From: Hyaloraphidium curvatum SAG 235-1
Taxonomy: Eukaryota > Fungi > Monoblepharomycota
DNA length: 64,000 nucleotides
NCBI GenBank assembly: GCA_025558095.1
Contig: JAIVFI010000026.1
Location: forward strand, 62,001 to 126,000
Direction: 5' to 3'
Part shown: positions 14,305 to 26,987 of the stretch, in pieces
How the letters are laid out: every line of letters starts with the position of its first letter
Numbering within the stretch: the stretch's first letter is position 1
Position numbers and translations under genes: made by a program
Notes under the pieces: generated by a model
The model's input: the letters and a program-made list of their open reading frames with translations, nothing else
What the model was told of the DNA's origin: nothing
Databases searched by the model: none

Positions 14305-14928
14305 TCAGGGATCAGTGGTCAGGGATGCGTCGAGCGGGGATGGCGAGTCAGGGCGGTTGGGGCGAGGACCCCGCGCGGGGTCCGGGGTGCCGCGGTGCCG
14401 GCCGCGCCGCGGAGGCGCCCCGCGCCGCCGCCGCGCGCCGCGGCATTGCACGGGCGGTTTGCGGCCGCGTCTGCCGCGGATTCGGCGCGCGGGCGGCCGC
14501 CGCGCCCTGTGGCGCCGGCGGGGCCCCGGGCGACAGACAACGGGAATCGCCCGTCCGCCGAGCGGCGGCCGCCGGGGGTGCGTTGACATCCGTCTCCTTG
14601 TCCAGAATGCCGCGGCGCGGCGGCGCATCGGTGTACTCACAAGGTGCAGCGGCGGCCCGGAGGAGTGAGGTCGAGTTGCAGGCGCACTCGGCTCAGGACC
14701 CCTTCCACCACACAGCGAACCTCCGTACGCTTCTAATGGCTTCAGCGGCCCCGCAACCGCGCAATAGGTCCGCTCCACTAATCTAAACGACACGTCTACC
14801 TTGCCTCCCAGGCCCCGATACAGAAGCTCCCTCCCGAGCAGCGAATACAGCAATCAATTACACACGACATAGCCCATCCGGGTATGAGCAGAGAGCGGCC
14901 GCCGGAACGATGCGGATCCGGGCATGAA

Positions 14929-17900
14929 TCAGAGCTTGGAGCTGCCGACCTTGGCGTGGAACGTCGGCCAGAAGATCTTGGACGCCGTGCAGACCTCGAC
15001 CGTGACCACCTGCCCGCTTTGTCAGATCGGATCGCCGCCCGCACCGCGCCCACCGCACCTTCTGCACCAGCTCCAGCGACACCATCTTGACCCTGAACGA
15101 CCTCGTCTCGAACGCCTTCGCGCTGGGCGAGCTCCTCTCCTCCTCGGCGTCGACCTTGCTCCACCCCTCCTTGCCGATGGGATCCACCACCGGCACCTTG
15201 CCCGCCCCGTCGCCCTCCACCGCCTCCACCAGCGCGCGGAGGTCGTGGATCGGGCGGCCGTCGACCTCGGTGAGGAACCACGCGGCGGAGATGCCGTCCC
15301 GCTGCGCCGGGGAACCCGAGTAGAGCAGGCTGGTGTAGACACCGCGGGGCACGAACTTGGTGTGGAACTGGATGGCGCGGTGCGGCATCTGGAACATGGC
15401 CCCGGCCCACTGGACCTGCGAACCCGGGGGAGCGTCAGCGGCAAGCCCATCCCGCCGCGCTCCGGGACACCCACCACCTCCGGGTTCGTCACCCCCGAGA
15501 GCAGCCTCGTCGGCACCGCCACATCCATCTCCTTCCCGTCCCTCAGCACGTGCAGCACCACGGCCCTGTTGCTCATCCCCGCCCTGTCCGAGACCACCTG
15601 CACCAGGTCGCGCATGTGCGCCACCAGCCGCCCGTTGATGGTCAGTATGAGGTCGCCCTCGCGGAGGGAGGCGTTCTCGGCGGGAAGACCGTCGGCGACG
15701 GGCCACGCGGGCACGCGGCGGATGGTGATGGCGCAGTACTTGGGCGAGAGGATCTCGTGCTGCCCGCCGTCGCCGGCGTTGGGCTCGTCGCCCGAGTCGT
15801 AGGCGTCGGCGCCGCCGCGGAGGTCGTCCACGGCGCGGTCGAGCTCCTCGAGGGTGCCGGCGTCGTCGAGGCTGGCGGTTGTCGGGCGGCGGGTGCGGTT
15901 GGCGATGATCCTCTGGATCCATTCCTGGTCGCCAACCAATCAGCCACCCATCACCACCGTCCGCCACACCGAAACACACATCCGAAAGCCCCAGATCCCT
16001 CGCCTTGTGCAGGTACGTCTCGGTCATCTCCACGTCCACCACCCTCAGGCACGGCAGCGGCACGTCCGCCGGCATCTCCCCCCCGTTGGCCCGGAGCATC
16101 CCCACCAGCCCCTCGAAGCACTCGCGGAGCAGCTCCCCGCTCGCGAGGCCCAGGCCGTTGTACGACGCCGAGCTCTCTGGGTAGAGCACCCACGCGCCGC
16201 GTGCGCGGCCGTGTGCGTCGACGATGAGGCCCTGCTCTTCGGTGGGGCGGTGAAGCGTCGTGGCTTCGTCGAGATCTGGCACCGCAACCCTTCAGCCTCG
16301 ATCCGCACGGAACAGCAGGCAACCCACTGATGGTTCGGTACTTGGGCGGGTTCATGTCGCTGTACAGGAAGAACCCCCTGCTCTTGACCTCGGTCTCGAG
16401 GCAGCGGATCGCGTGCGTGGTCACGTTGAGCGTGGCGAGGATCACCGAGTCGCCCGGGCGCATGGGGCCCATCGGGCTGAGCTCCACAGCCGCGGGCTCG
16501 GGGGAGATGCGGCCGCGGACCTGCGCGGTGTCGTAGCGGATGAAGGCGAAGTTCTGGGTGGGGCAGATCCAGAGGATCTGGTCGGAATGTGTTACGACCC
16601 ATGGCGGCGGGCAGAAGAGAGGGGACTTGCCTTTCCGTCGACGGTGAGGTTGTTGGCAAAGGTGCAGGAAACCCGACCGAGGGCGGTAGGAATCGTCGAG
16701 CGGTCGACTGAAAGCAAAGACATGAGCTCCGCGCCGACAGCCATTTCCGAACCAGAACTTACCCAGCACGATCCCGAGCTCCGCATCCATGACCACCCCG
16801 AACCCCTCGGCCCACTTGGTCGTCAGGCCGTCCATCCCGAACGGGCTCCTCCACTCGACCGTGCACATGCTCCGCTGGAGCTTGCCCGCCACGCGGCCGT
16901 ACGTGGAGCCCCTGACCGACGCCGGGAAGGGCATGTAGCGCGCCGGCCTCGCCGCCGGCAGGGCAGCGGGATCGGGCGAGGGAGGGCCGGAGGCGAGGGA
17001 GGGCACGGTGCGGTAGTCGAACACCCCTGTGGAGTCGTTGCGCTTGGCGATGCGGACCCGGGTCGACTTCTTGTCCAGGGTGATGACGCGCACGTTCTCG
17101 ACGTTCTTCTTGGCGAGCGAGTAGAAGCGCACGGGCACGCGCTTGACGTCGGGGAGCGACTGGATCACGCGGATGAAGCTCGGCATGTCGGGCGTCGGCG
17201 TGTTGTTGAGGGAGGTGATGATGGAGAAGTTGGGGACGCCCGCGAGGCCGAACATGGTTCCGGCGTCGGCGACTGTTGCCGGGAAAAGAACATCAGCTCC
17301 GCGGTGACGGCAAGCCGGCAAAGAACCCACCAAAGACGCTGCCCACGGGGTGCAAGTAGCCGCGAGCAAGCTGGAAACTCAGGCTGTGCACGATGGATCC
17401 CCCGATCTCGAGGTACTCGTCGGGGGTGATCGAGTGCAGGTCCTGGACGTCGACCTCGATGTGCACCAGCTTCTTGTTCCGGAAGACGGTGAAGACCACG
17501 GCCTGGTGGCCCTGGCCGAGCAGTTCCGCCTTGTCGTCCAGGATGGCCTCGAGCGCGACAAAATGGTTGACGAGCTCCCCGTCGATGCTGATGATGAGGT
17601 CGCCGGTCTGCAGCTTGCCGTCCGCAGGCCCGAGGGGGATGACGTGCCGCACGCTGAGGAGGCCGCTGAGCTCGTACGAGGAGCCGAGGCTGCGCATGTC
17701 CTCCTCGATGTCGCGGGGCAGGCCCATGCGGCGGCAATCGTCGTACGAGCGCTGGATGAATTCGACCTGGACGGTGCCGCGGGAAATGGGGAGGCCGCGA
17801 GAGAGGAGGTCGAGGGTGCGCACGGCGCGTTCGAGGGGAAGGAAGAAAGAAGAAGCGGCGTTCGTTGCCCCACCGGCTGAAGAGATGCCGAATGAGAGAC

Positions 17901-18763
17901 CCGCGATTGAAACCGAGCGGAGACACCAACCATTGATGGCGACGGCGTTGCCGGTCAGAGCCATGACGGGGCTGCCGCTGGAGCCACCCGACGTGTTGGA
18001 GCTCGCCTGGATGTAGAAGGTGTTGAAGTCTGGGAAGAGCACATGAGGGCGTTGAAGCACGACGGCTGGCTGGGCGAAACAATACCGTTGTAAGTGCCAG
18101 TGCCGTAGAATGCAGCGGGCCGATCAAGGCGAGCGATCGTTCCGGAAAGAATGGCGAGCTGAACGCACATGAGTTAGCTTGGGCCGCCGAATCCACGGGA
18201 GCAACGCCCTACCTTCTCTCCAGCATCAGCACCGGGCACGCGAATCGACAGGCCAATCTTTGCCTCTTCCGGTGCAAGTGAAATCGGGGAGAGCGCCATG
18301 TAGTGCACGTCCGCGGGGTTGAACGCCAGGAACCCATAGTCGTGGATGGGGTCGCGCCAGATAGGCCAGCAGCGCGCCTCCTCTCCGTTACGGAAGCCAA
18401 GCCGGCCGACCCAGGGGGCGTCGGTGACGACGTGCCGGTTGGTCATGACGATGCCGCGCGATTCGGAAAGGTGCACGATGAAGCCCGTGGCTGTGAATGA
18501 TCCGGGCGACCAAGTGTCCATGCTGCGCGGCGTGAGGAAGGAAATCGACACGATGGACTGGAAAAAGGAAGCAAGACGTCATTCACGGTGCCCAGCCCGG
18601 TACGTGCGTTTGCAATGACCTTGATCGACTTCTCCAGCACCGCCTTCCACCTTTCGTCTTCGACTGTGTCCTGGCTCTTCCGCTGAATCATTTTGGTGGT
18701 GCTCGCCTCGAGTTCTGCAACCCGCGACAGGCGCAGGGGCTGCTCCGAAGGCTGTATGTCCAT
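14929..18763 (-). CDS. NMA111: Nma111/Ynm3-type HtrA-like serine protease with PDZ domains (multi-exon)
   Basis: Catalytic triad motifs TNRHVV, RDPIHDYGF and GGSSGSPV; PDZ-like segments; a second degenerate protease domain. Confidence 0.85.
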
Positions 18764-19485
18764 GTTGGCGCCCGTGGAGAAAGGGGGAGGCCGCGGAACG
18801 CGCGCCGCGAGAGGAAGGGGTCGACAGGGTTGGAATGGCCTAGCACGCGGAAGCCAGCGAGCTGAAGCTGAGGAAGCGATGAAGGAGGAGCAGAGTGTCT
18901 TGCGTATGACGCGCTGGTAGGACGGATAGTGCCGGGCCAGAGGGGCAGAGGAATGGGGGGGAGAGAGGGATAAGTGAGCACATCGCCTCGCACGAACTTC
19001 CCCCAGGCAAACGCGGCCGCGAGCCAGAAAATGGTCGGCGTCGCCCCTTAAAACGAAAACTGGGCGGCGGCGGCCTCGCAAGCGCGTTCTAGGGCACATC
19101 GCGCGCCCGAGTCCCGCGTCCCGGAACCGAAAGCTGGAGACCCTCTCCTCCCACCTTGGCACGCCGCGGGCGTCGCCGTTACAGGCGCAACCGCGGATAA
19201 AGTGCGATTGAGTTGAAAGAAGGTGGAAACCGGAACGAACAGCCCGTGGGGAATCGTCGGCGGGAACCGATTCTGGAGGGATCCGACTTCCCATCACCCG
19301 CCTGCCTGTCGACTCGAACGCCGTCCCGCTGGAACGGAGACGACAAGGCGCCGAACAAAACTCGTAGTATTGTACTCTTAGATTGTATTCCATTCAACAG
19401 GTGAGGCCAGGAACACCGAACATCCCATTGTAAAGGAAGAGACGGTCACATAATCTTCAAAAGCCTCCTGCAGCACATCGGGCTA

Positions 19486-20163
19486 CTATTGAATGATCCT
19501 AGCTTTCGAGAAGCTGACGCGCTTCTTCTGCTTAGCCTTGACGGCGGCCTTCTGGTCCCGCGAGCTTTCCTTCCCTTCGGCAACTGGTGCATGTCCTTCC
19601 GATCGGCCGGGTTCAACGTCCTCCTGCCTGGAACTTCCAGCACCCCCTTGTCCGGTACGCCGCCGCTTCTTTCTTTCCTTGTCCCGAGACTTGAGTTTCT
19701 CCACCATCGACTTCACTGCCTGCTCCTTGCCGGCCCTTTTCCTTCGCTCCTTCTCGTCCTGCTCGTCCAGCCACGCTTTCTTCTGCTCGAGCTTCGACAG
19801 TTTCGACGAGAGAACGGTCGTTTGCCGCTCTGCAACAGTCTCGGCGAGGGCCAGGAGGGACTTGGTGTCCGTCACGAAGGTCTTCCCCTTCTTCCGCTTC
19901 GGAGGTTTCGAGGGTGCCATTGGCTTAACGTCCGTGTCCTCAGAGCTGTCCGAAGAGCCGCCATTGTCCTCAATGTCCGGTTGGAGAGCAGGCCGCTGCC
20001 CGGGTTGTCGGGGACCTCCTCCGGCACCGGAGCCGCCGCCGCCCTTTGGCCGACGGCGTCCTCCACTGTCCAGTCCACTGCGAGTGCCCTTCGCAACTCG
20101 CCCGATGCTTCTCTCGGCGAGTACCCTGCCAGGCGGCCCGGCACGGGGGTCCGGCTTGGCCAT
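19486..20163 (-). CDS. LOC1-like 60S ribosome assembly/export protein
   Basis: K/R/E-rich; KKGKTFVTDTKSLLALAETV...SKLSK resembles the fungal Loc1 core. Confidence 0.55.
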   Translation of the reverse strand: MAKPDPRAGPPGRVLAERSIGRVAKGTRSGLDSGGRRRPKGGGGSGAGGGPRQPGQRPALQPDIEDNGGSSDSSEDTDVKPMAPSKPPKRKKGKTFVTDTKSLLALAETVAERQTTVLSSKLSKLEQKKAWLDEQDEKERRKRAGKEQAVKSMVEKLKSRDKERKKRRRTGQGGAGSSRQEDVEPGRSEGHAPVAEGKESSRDQKAAVKAKQKKRVSFSKARIIQ

Positions 20164-20260
20164 TGTTTGCTTGTTCGGGAAGCGCGCCAGCTTGCATGCT
20201 TCTTACCGACGACTTTGGAGACCAATTCCGACGAGAGCAGGCTTGAAGACCGGTTGCGCG

Positions 20261-23200
20261 ATGGCGAACTCGTCCGCGAGCTCTGTCCATTCGCGGCCCT
20301 CCTCTCCGGACTCGTCGTTCTTCCGGATCGCGATGGCCGGGATGCTCCCGCTGCCGGCTTCCCGACCGGGCACGGCCCCTGAGGACGGCACGGAACCAGA
20401 TGCGCCCCGGAGGACATCTTCGAGGGGCCTCTACGGGTCGGGAAGTGCCCCGTTGGCCTCAATTGGAAGTCGTAGCGGCGTCTTTGAGGAGACCGCGGCT
20501 GTCCCCGCCGAAGAAGGTCAGGCAAATCGTTCGCGAGCTAGCCGGGGCTCGCTATCTTCAATGGCCCGACGGTCCCAGAGCATTCCTGAAGCTCTTGAAA
20601 AGGATGTATTTGACCCCGAAGACATACCGGGACTGCGTGACGGGCAGAAGCAGGGGTCACTGCGCGAAGAGGTCTCTCGCTCCCACGCTGCGCCCGGCCT
20701 GCCGAAAGAACACACCAGACCCTTGGCATACTCTCAGCCTTCTCTTGCACCTCCTTCTACAGCAAAGGATGTGGAAATGGTCTCGATTCACGGATCTTTG
20801 CCCTCGCTGCGTCGCCCATCTGCCGCGGCACCTGCTGCATCGGAGGTCGCCGGGGACGACTCGGATTCAGGACGGAATCTCAAAATCATCGCGGCCGACC
20901 AGAACGCTGGCACAGATGGCAGAGCTGCAGCGGCTAGCATCTCGACGTTCCCCTTGACTCATCCGCTTTCAACCCTTCTTTCTTCGGCCTACTGCTACGT
21001 TCCGGACGACATCGACGAGCCTGAGCTCTCCCGGGAAGAGTTGGAGAACCTGGTCAGGGACGTCATGGATCGCTACGGAGGGGATGTCAAAGCTGAAGAA
21101 CCAGAGGAAGCCAATCATGAACCTGAAGTTCGGGAAGTCGACCATCAGCAGGCCGCTGCCGAAACTCTGGAAGCAGCCAACAAAAGGGGGGAAGATCGCT
21201 GGACGTTGGAGCAGGTGGCAGGAATTCCACTTCCAGTATCGACGGAGGGTTCGATGGATTTGGGACGAGACTTGGCACGAACGGAAACTCGGAAGGAATC
21301 CAGCGATGCCGTCAGCCCACCCGTTGACCAGCAAGTAGTAGCGGGAGCATTTCCGGCCTCGGATGTGCAGCAGTCACTTGCACTATCGAGTCTGCAGTTA
21401 CCCCTCGAGGAAGCTGAGAAGCTCAGGCTGTCGAAGCTGGCCTTGTCAATGGAGCGAAACGGCGACCCTGATCCCCAGCTGCTTGACGCGACTTATGACG
21501 ATGCTCCCGTTCACTTCGTTGCATTGCCATCGGCTCGTGATTCAGCTCAAGTTGGAAACCGGCCGGTGACGGCGGACGATCCGGCAATCAACGCTTTCGA
21601 TCAGGCAATCAGAGCGGAGATTGAGCTCGGCTCGTCCGATTTCTGGGTCGGGCCTGCTCCGGCCCGTTCGCCATCTGGTGCGGGTAGCACGCCCGACGTG
21701 GCTAGCATGCGGCTTTCGACCGCGGAGCCAGCACTCGGATCCCCACCCCTTGGAGAAGCGAGTGCCAGCATAGGCTCGCTGCACTTCTCAACGGCGGAGC
21801 GGCTTGCCGTTACAAGTCCCTGCGAAAGGGTGCCGGCAGACGAGAGTCCTTCTGTGCACATGTCGGTGTTGGAAGGGATCGCTCTCTCGGATCCTCCGCC
21901 CGTTCCAACTGATGGGTATGTTGCGTCGTTCCGAATCGAGGTCGACGTAGACGGGGCGGAGGAGCTGAGCGTCCGCACCAGCAGACGCTCGCTTGGGATC
22001 GAATCTTCGTCACGAGTTTCCATTGCTCCGGGAGAGCCAGAGCTAGTAGCTTCGCCGCCGACAACATCCGGAACGCTGCAACCTTCCCCGGAAAAAATCA
22101 TTATCGAGGACCTCCCGCCGTTACCGCAGATCCCAGTTATTTCCCCGCTGGAGGCATTCCTTCGATCCGGAGACGAAGCTGCGGCCGAGGCCAGCACGGC
22201 AGCCGTAGCGGATCCACCGCCACAAGTCTCCATTCAGCGGCAATATGCGACCGTTCCCGACGTCGACGACGTGCTGGAAACAGATGACGTCGAGCCTCAA
22301 TGGCGCTTCGGATCGATGGAAGCGGTCTCGGCGCAGGCCCTCAACAACTCGTCAGATGACTATCCGGACGAGGCCCCGCTCGAGGTTCCTGGATCATCGG
22401 AGGTCCTCTTCTCCGTACCGCAGCCTGATGACAACGACGCTGAAGAAATGAGGAGGCGGTTGCTTGTGCGCCGACAGGAGGTGCAGAAGGCAAAGGTCGG
22501 CACTTTTGCGGACGAAGTCGAGAGCTTCGAGGCCGCAAGCAACCCGCACTTGGCGAGATTGACGACAAGCAGGCCCTCATCTGTCGATAGGCTTAATCAC
22601 GGAGCACCCCTGCAGAGCCCCGCCGCAGCCGTCGCAGCGAAGCGGGAAAGCGAACAGGAGAGGAGGCCAAAGTCGGTCGCCTTCTACGTCAGCTTCGACG
22701 ACGATTCCACTCTGGAAGCCAAGGAACCCTCCGAACCGCGGTCGTTGCTCCAATCCCGTGCAGGATTGCGTCCTCGGCCGTCAGCTTCCCGCGGTGGCTC
22801 AGATCGGGAGGCTCCCGAGGAACGCCACGCGATCGACGGCCGGATCGACGGCCGGGTCTCGAGACAGGGCTTCCGAGGAGGAAGGCAGCTCGACCGGCCG
22901 ATCGAGCCAGTCGATGAAGAAGCGCAGCCTATGCGAATCGCAAAGCAAAGCCAGCCCAAACGCCGCACGCCGGCTCCAAAGGCCACGAGCAGGAGTGCAG
23001 CGCCGCCGGCTCTTCCAATGGGTCAAGCCCCGGGATCGGACCTTCCTTCAGTCCTTTCCCTCGTCACGGCACTCACACTCCCGGCCACGTGTCTTCCACC
23101 GCCTCCGCATTTGCACACGTCGGATGCCGCGTCGGGGCCGCCTGGTCTGCGAGCCAAGGAGGAACGGGAACGCATGAGGAGATTGCGAAAGGTGTGCGAG

Positions 23201-24113
23201 GGAAGGAGGAAGGAGATGCAGCGTCTCGGGAGAGAAATCGAAGGGCTGCGGGAACGCAAGGACGAGTGCGAGGTGAGACGCGCTATATGCTCAACAGCGA
23301 TCTACGTTCACCCGTCCGAAACCAGCAATCCTTGGCTCGTACGACCACGACGCTGCTTGCCTTGATTCCACGGATCGTCGTCCTCCACCCGGTCCACTTG
23401 CCGCCAAACATGTCTCCGGCGGAGCTCATCGAACGCTACGAGCCTCCGACTTTGCCGACGACGCCGGCGCTCAAGGCTTTGACGGCCCAGTACCACACCT
23501 CCAAGCACCTGTACGATGAGCTGTTACTCGAGACCCTGCCGGAGCTCGAGAAAGCCATCGAGGAGGCTCGCGAGAAACTGACCGCCATGGAGCTCGAAAG
23601 CGGCGATTGGGAGGCAGCGGAGAGGTGGATCAAAGACAAGGAGGCAGAGATGGAGGAGCATGACCGGGAGAGGAGGGACAAAGAGAGGAAGACGTTGGCA
23701 GCGGCAACCGCCAAGGTCGCAACCCGAACGAAACTGCCAAGCGAGGAGACGGCAAAGAAGGGACGCGCGAGCTGGAGGGCCGAGCTCTTAAGACCATCGG
23801 AAGAAGCGGAGGAGGCGAGAAGGAGGGCGGTGCAGAGGCTGCGAATGCGGGCCAACGAAGACGTAAGGACGCCTTTCCGACGCCTGCGATCAGACGCTGA
23901 TGGAGGGTTCCCCAGGCCTCAACAACGCTGCGTGTTCCTCCGTCGACGCAGCTCAAGATAGCTTCCAATCTGCGAGCAGTGAGGCTGGCTGCGGCCGATG
24001 CCGTCGCAAAAGCACAGCCTCCGATCCAAGACATCTTTGAGCAGGACTACCGGAAGCGGCTCGGGGGCCTGCTCGACGCCGATGAAGGGGTGTATGGATC
24101 GTGGAAAGTTTGA
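20261..24113 (+). CDS. Large low-complexity S/P/E-rich protein with C-terminal coiled coil (spliced)
   Basis: Long open frame from MANSSASS; coiled-coil exons at 23150-23860; last exon ends YGSWKV* at 24111-24113. Confidence 0.6.
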
Positions 24114-24220
24114 ACGAGACTGCGAGCATCCTCTTGTAATGGCCGATATGCCAAGATACTCGTGCTCGTCCGCTCTTGTACCTCCTCGCACTCCGCCCGC
24201 GCGCTCCTCGTTGAAACCAA

Positions 24221-25054
24221 TCACCGGGGCCTGATGCCAACGAATCAGTGCGAAACATGGGCTGCCCTGGTCGCGCCCAGCTCACCTGCACATCTGCATC
24301 AGGCAAAGGCAGCACAGCATCTGGGCGCACAGGTTCCCGCCCTGCTGCTGCTGCTGCTGCTGCTGGGGAGGGTAGCTGGTGTTCTGCGGGTAGCCCGGCT
24401 GGTTGGGGTACTGCGGATAACCAGGTTGGTTTGGGTACTGGCCGCCGGGATATTGGCCGGGCGGATACTGCTGCGCGGGCGGAGGCGGGTAGTAGCCCCC
24501 GACTCCCGGCGCCGTCGACATGGGCTGCTGCTGCCCATATCCGGGGGCAGAGTAGGTCTGCTGCATCTGAGGAGTGCTGTACGACGGGGCCATATATGTT
24601 GCCGTTGCCCCAGCAGGGGCGGCACGCGTCGAAGCTGATCGCGAGGATGAGCGTTGTGCTCGGAGAGACCTGAGCAGACTACACGCACCAGCGGAGACAG
24701 TGCCATCGGCTGCCGGTGCCGCTGCCGGTGCAGACGGGGCGGTGTAGGCATCTACATCGTCAGGAGGATCACCGGAACAGGTTCAAGTAGACGACAACAG
24801 AACCGCGTCAGAATCCCTCTTCGCGCCGGCGGCCACCACTGCCTTCACCTGCGTAGGTCTTCGCAGTGTCGGCATCTGATACAGACAGGGTTCGATGGGC
24901 GGGAAAGGCCGATGTAGCGGGGAGCAGGGAGCGGAGCGACCGTCGCCGGGAATGGCCAGGCAAGTGGTCAGAGCCGGCACCTGCAGCTGAATCGTCGCGG
25001 CAGCTCACAGGCGCTTTGAGCAGCGGCCGCGGGCGTGGGCGCAGGCGTAGCCAT
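24221..25054 (-). CDS. CYSTM-family protein (P/Q/Y-rich with Cys-rich C-terminal membrane module)
   Basis: YPPGQYP repeats, poly-Q and CAQMLCCLCLMQMC. A consistent 5-exon model runs from MATPAPTP to MCRPR*. Confidence 0.7.
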
Positions 25055-25817
25055 CGTGTGACGGCGGGCGGATTCGAGGCGGAAGAAGAGAGGGGTCCTC
25101 AGGGTCGCGGCGAGCGGCCGGGTGCCGATGCGCACCGTTCCTCTTGCTCTCGTGGATAAAGCCAAAGGCAACAAATCATGCGGAATCAGAGCCAACTGAG
25201 CCTGGATCAAGCTAAATCGCTGGACAAATGGCGCTTTCAGTTCAACGCTGGACTTTGTTCGCCTTCACCGCCTCGGCTTTGCGATCGAGCGCCCGGTTTC
25301 ACGGTCGCACTGTCCGAGGATGAGACCTTGATTTTAGGTTCGTCTTTGCTCACTCATGTATCCAAAAGATCGGGATGGGGATTCGATCCGACGATTCGCG
25401 GCCGGTGACGGGCGCTGCCCTCCTCCACGGGATCGACAAGCTTGTTTGGCTGGGCGCCCTTGCTTACGCCGGCAACAAGGATGACATCAACGTCTTCCAC
25501 CGCAACAGGTGATTCTGGAATCTTGCACGAGGGGGGAGATAGGACGCAGGCTTCTTCTTTGCTGGCACGTCTTGGGATACTGTAGAGTTCCTCTGGCTAT
25601 CATTGGAACCAACAGCTCGAAAAGTCCCGAACAAGCATGATTCGGAGAGAGCAGATGTGAGGAGCCGGGCATAGTCGACGCGAGATTCGGGGACAGAGTC
25701 TGCACAGCACGACGCGCCACCACGGTTCGCCGAAGCCACATTCACCTCGCTCGAGGGCAGGACAACTCGTCCGTCAACGACGACCCGCTCTTCCAGCTCG
25801 GGTCCGCGCCGTCTGCC

Positions 25818-26948
25818 ATGGGCTCCTCCTCTTCGAAGCCCTCCGAGCCCGTCGTCCCGCCGGACGGGTCCCCACTCTTCCCGCTCCCCTTCCCGCCGAC
25901 GCGGAAGAACGACCCGCCGAAGTGGGGCTTCATCGACCGCCAAGGTCGCCTCCGAATCGCCCCGCAGTACGATGGCGACGCCGGCGAGTTCCGCAACGGG
26001 CTTGCCCGCGTCGCATGCCACCTCGCGCCCGTCACTGTGGAGGTCAGCGACGGGGGGCAGGTGGTCACCGAGACTTACGACACGCGACGATACGGTTACA
26101 TCGACAAGATGGGGAACCTCGTGATCCCGATGCAGTTTTCGGACGCGGGAGACTTCTCGGACGAGGAGGGCCTGGCCCGCGTGAAGGATCCGAAGTCCAA
26201 GCTGTGGGGCTTCGTCAACCGCGCGGGCAGGATTGCCATCCCCTGTTCCTTCTACGAGGTCGGCGACTTTTGCCGGGGGAGGGCGATGGTCCGCAAGCAC
26301 GAGCGGGGCAGGATCGGCTTTATCGACGGCTCGGGCGAGCTCGTGATCCCGTTCACCTTCAGCGGCCCTCACATGGCACGTTTCACGAAGGAGGGACTGT
26401 GCTGGGCACGCACCTGGGATCCCGAAACGGGCGAGGAGAAGGATGGTTTCATCGGGCTGGACGGGAGCTGGGCCATCCCACCGGAGTACGCTCTCTGCCA
26501 GAGCTTTGTCGAAGGCCTGGCCTGCGTGCGGCGCGAACTGAACCAGCCGTGGATTTTCATCGATACGACCGGCAAGGAGGTGATTGCCACGGGCGCGGAG
26601 GACTGCCACGCGTTTTCCGAGGGTCTGGCGGCGATCCAGACTGTCCATCCGAGCCAGGGCGAGAGCGAATGGAGGTACGTCGACAAGGCCGGCAATGTAC
26701 CGCACCCCGGGCTTGCGCACCTCAGGTACTTGCGCTGCGGAGTGTTCCGCGACGGCGTCGCTTGGGTCTGCGACAAACGGCGTCGCTGGGGATTGATTGA
26801 CCGGCAAGGGAAGGTCGTGTTGGAGCCGGGCAAGGTCGAAGGCGTGGGCAGATTCGAAGATGGGCTGGCGATGGTCGAGGACTTTGAGGGACGAGCGGGC
26901 TACATTGATACCAGGGGACAGTGGGTCCGAAGGCCCCCGGGGATGTAG
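25818..26948 (+). CDS. WG-repeat (KWG Leptospira-type) protein with N-myristoylation-like start, intronless
   Basis: Repeated (W/Y)G(F/Y)ID..G...I...F..GLA units; N-terminus MGSSSSK. Confidence 0.85.
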   Translation: MGSSSSKPSEPVVPPDGSPLFPLPFPPTRKNDPPKWGFIDRQGRLRIAPQYDGDAGEFRNGLARVACHLAPVTVEVSDGGQVVTETYDTRRYGYIDKMGNLVIPMQFSDAGDFSDEEGLARVKDPKSKLWGFVNRAGRIAIPCSFYEVGDFCRGRAMVRKHERGRIGFIDGSGELVIPFTFSGPHMARFTKEGLCWARTWDPETGEEKDGFIGLDGSWAIPPEYALCQSFVEGLACVRRELNQPWIFIDTTGKEVIATGAEDCHAFSEGLAAIQTVHPSQGESEWRYVDKAGNVPHPGLAHLRYLRCGVFRDGVAWVCDKRRRWGLIDRQGKVVLEPGKVEGVGRFEDGLAMVEDFEGRAGYIDTRGQWVRRPPGM

Positions 26949-26987
26949 ATCGGTATCTTTTGATCAAGAACGAAGATGACAGAGATT

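Noticed and set aside
19493-20260. N-terminal extension of the 1290-aa ORF
   Set aside because: It is the antisense shadow of the LOC1-like gene; the real start is probably 20261.
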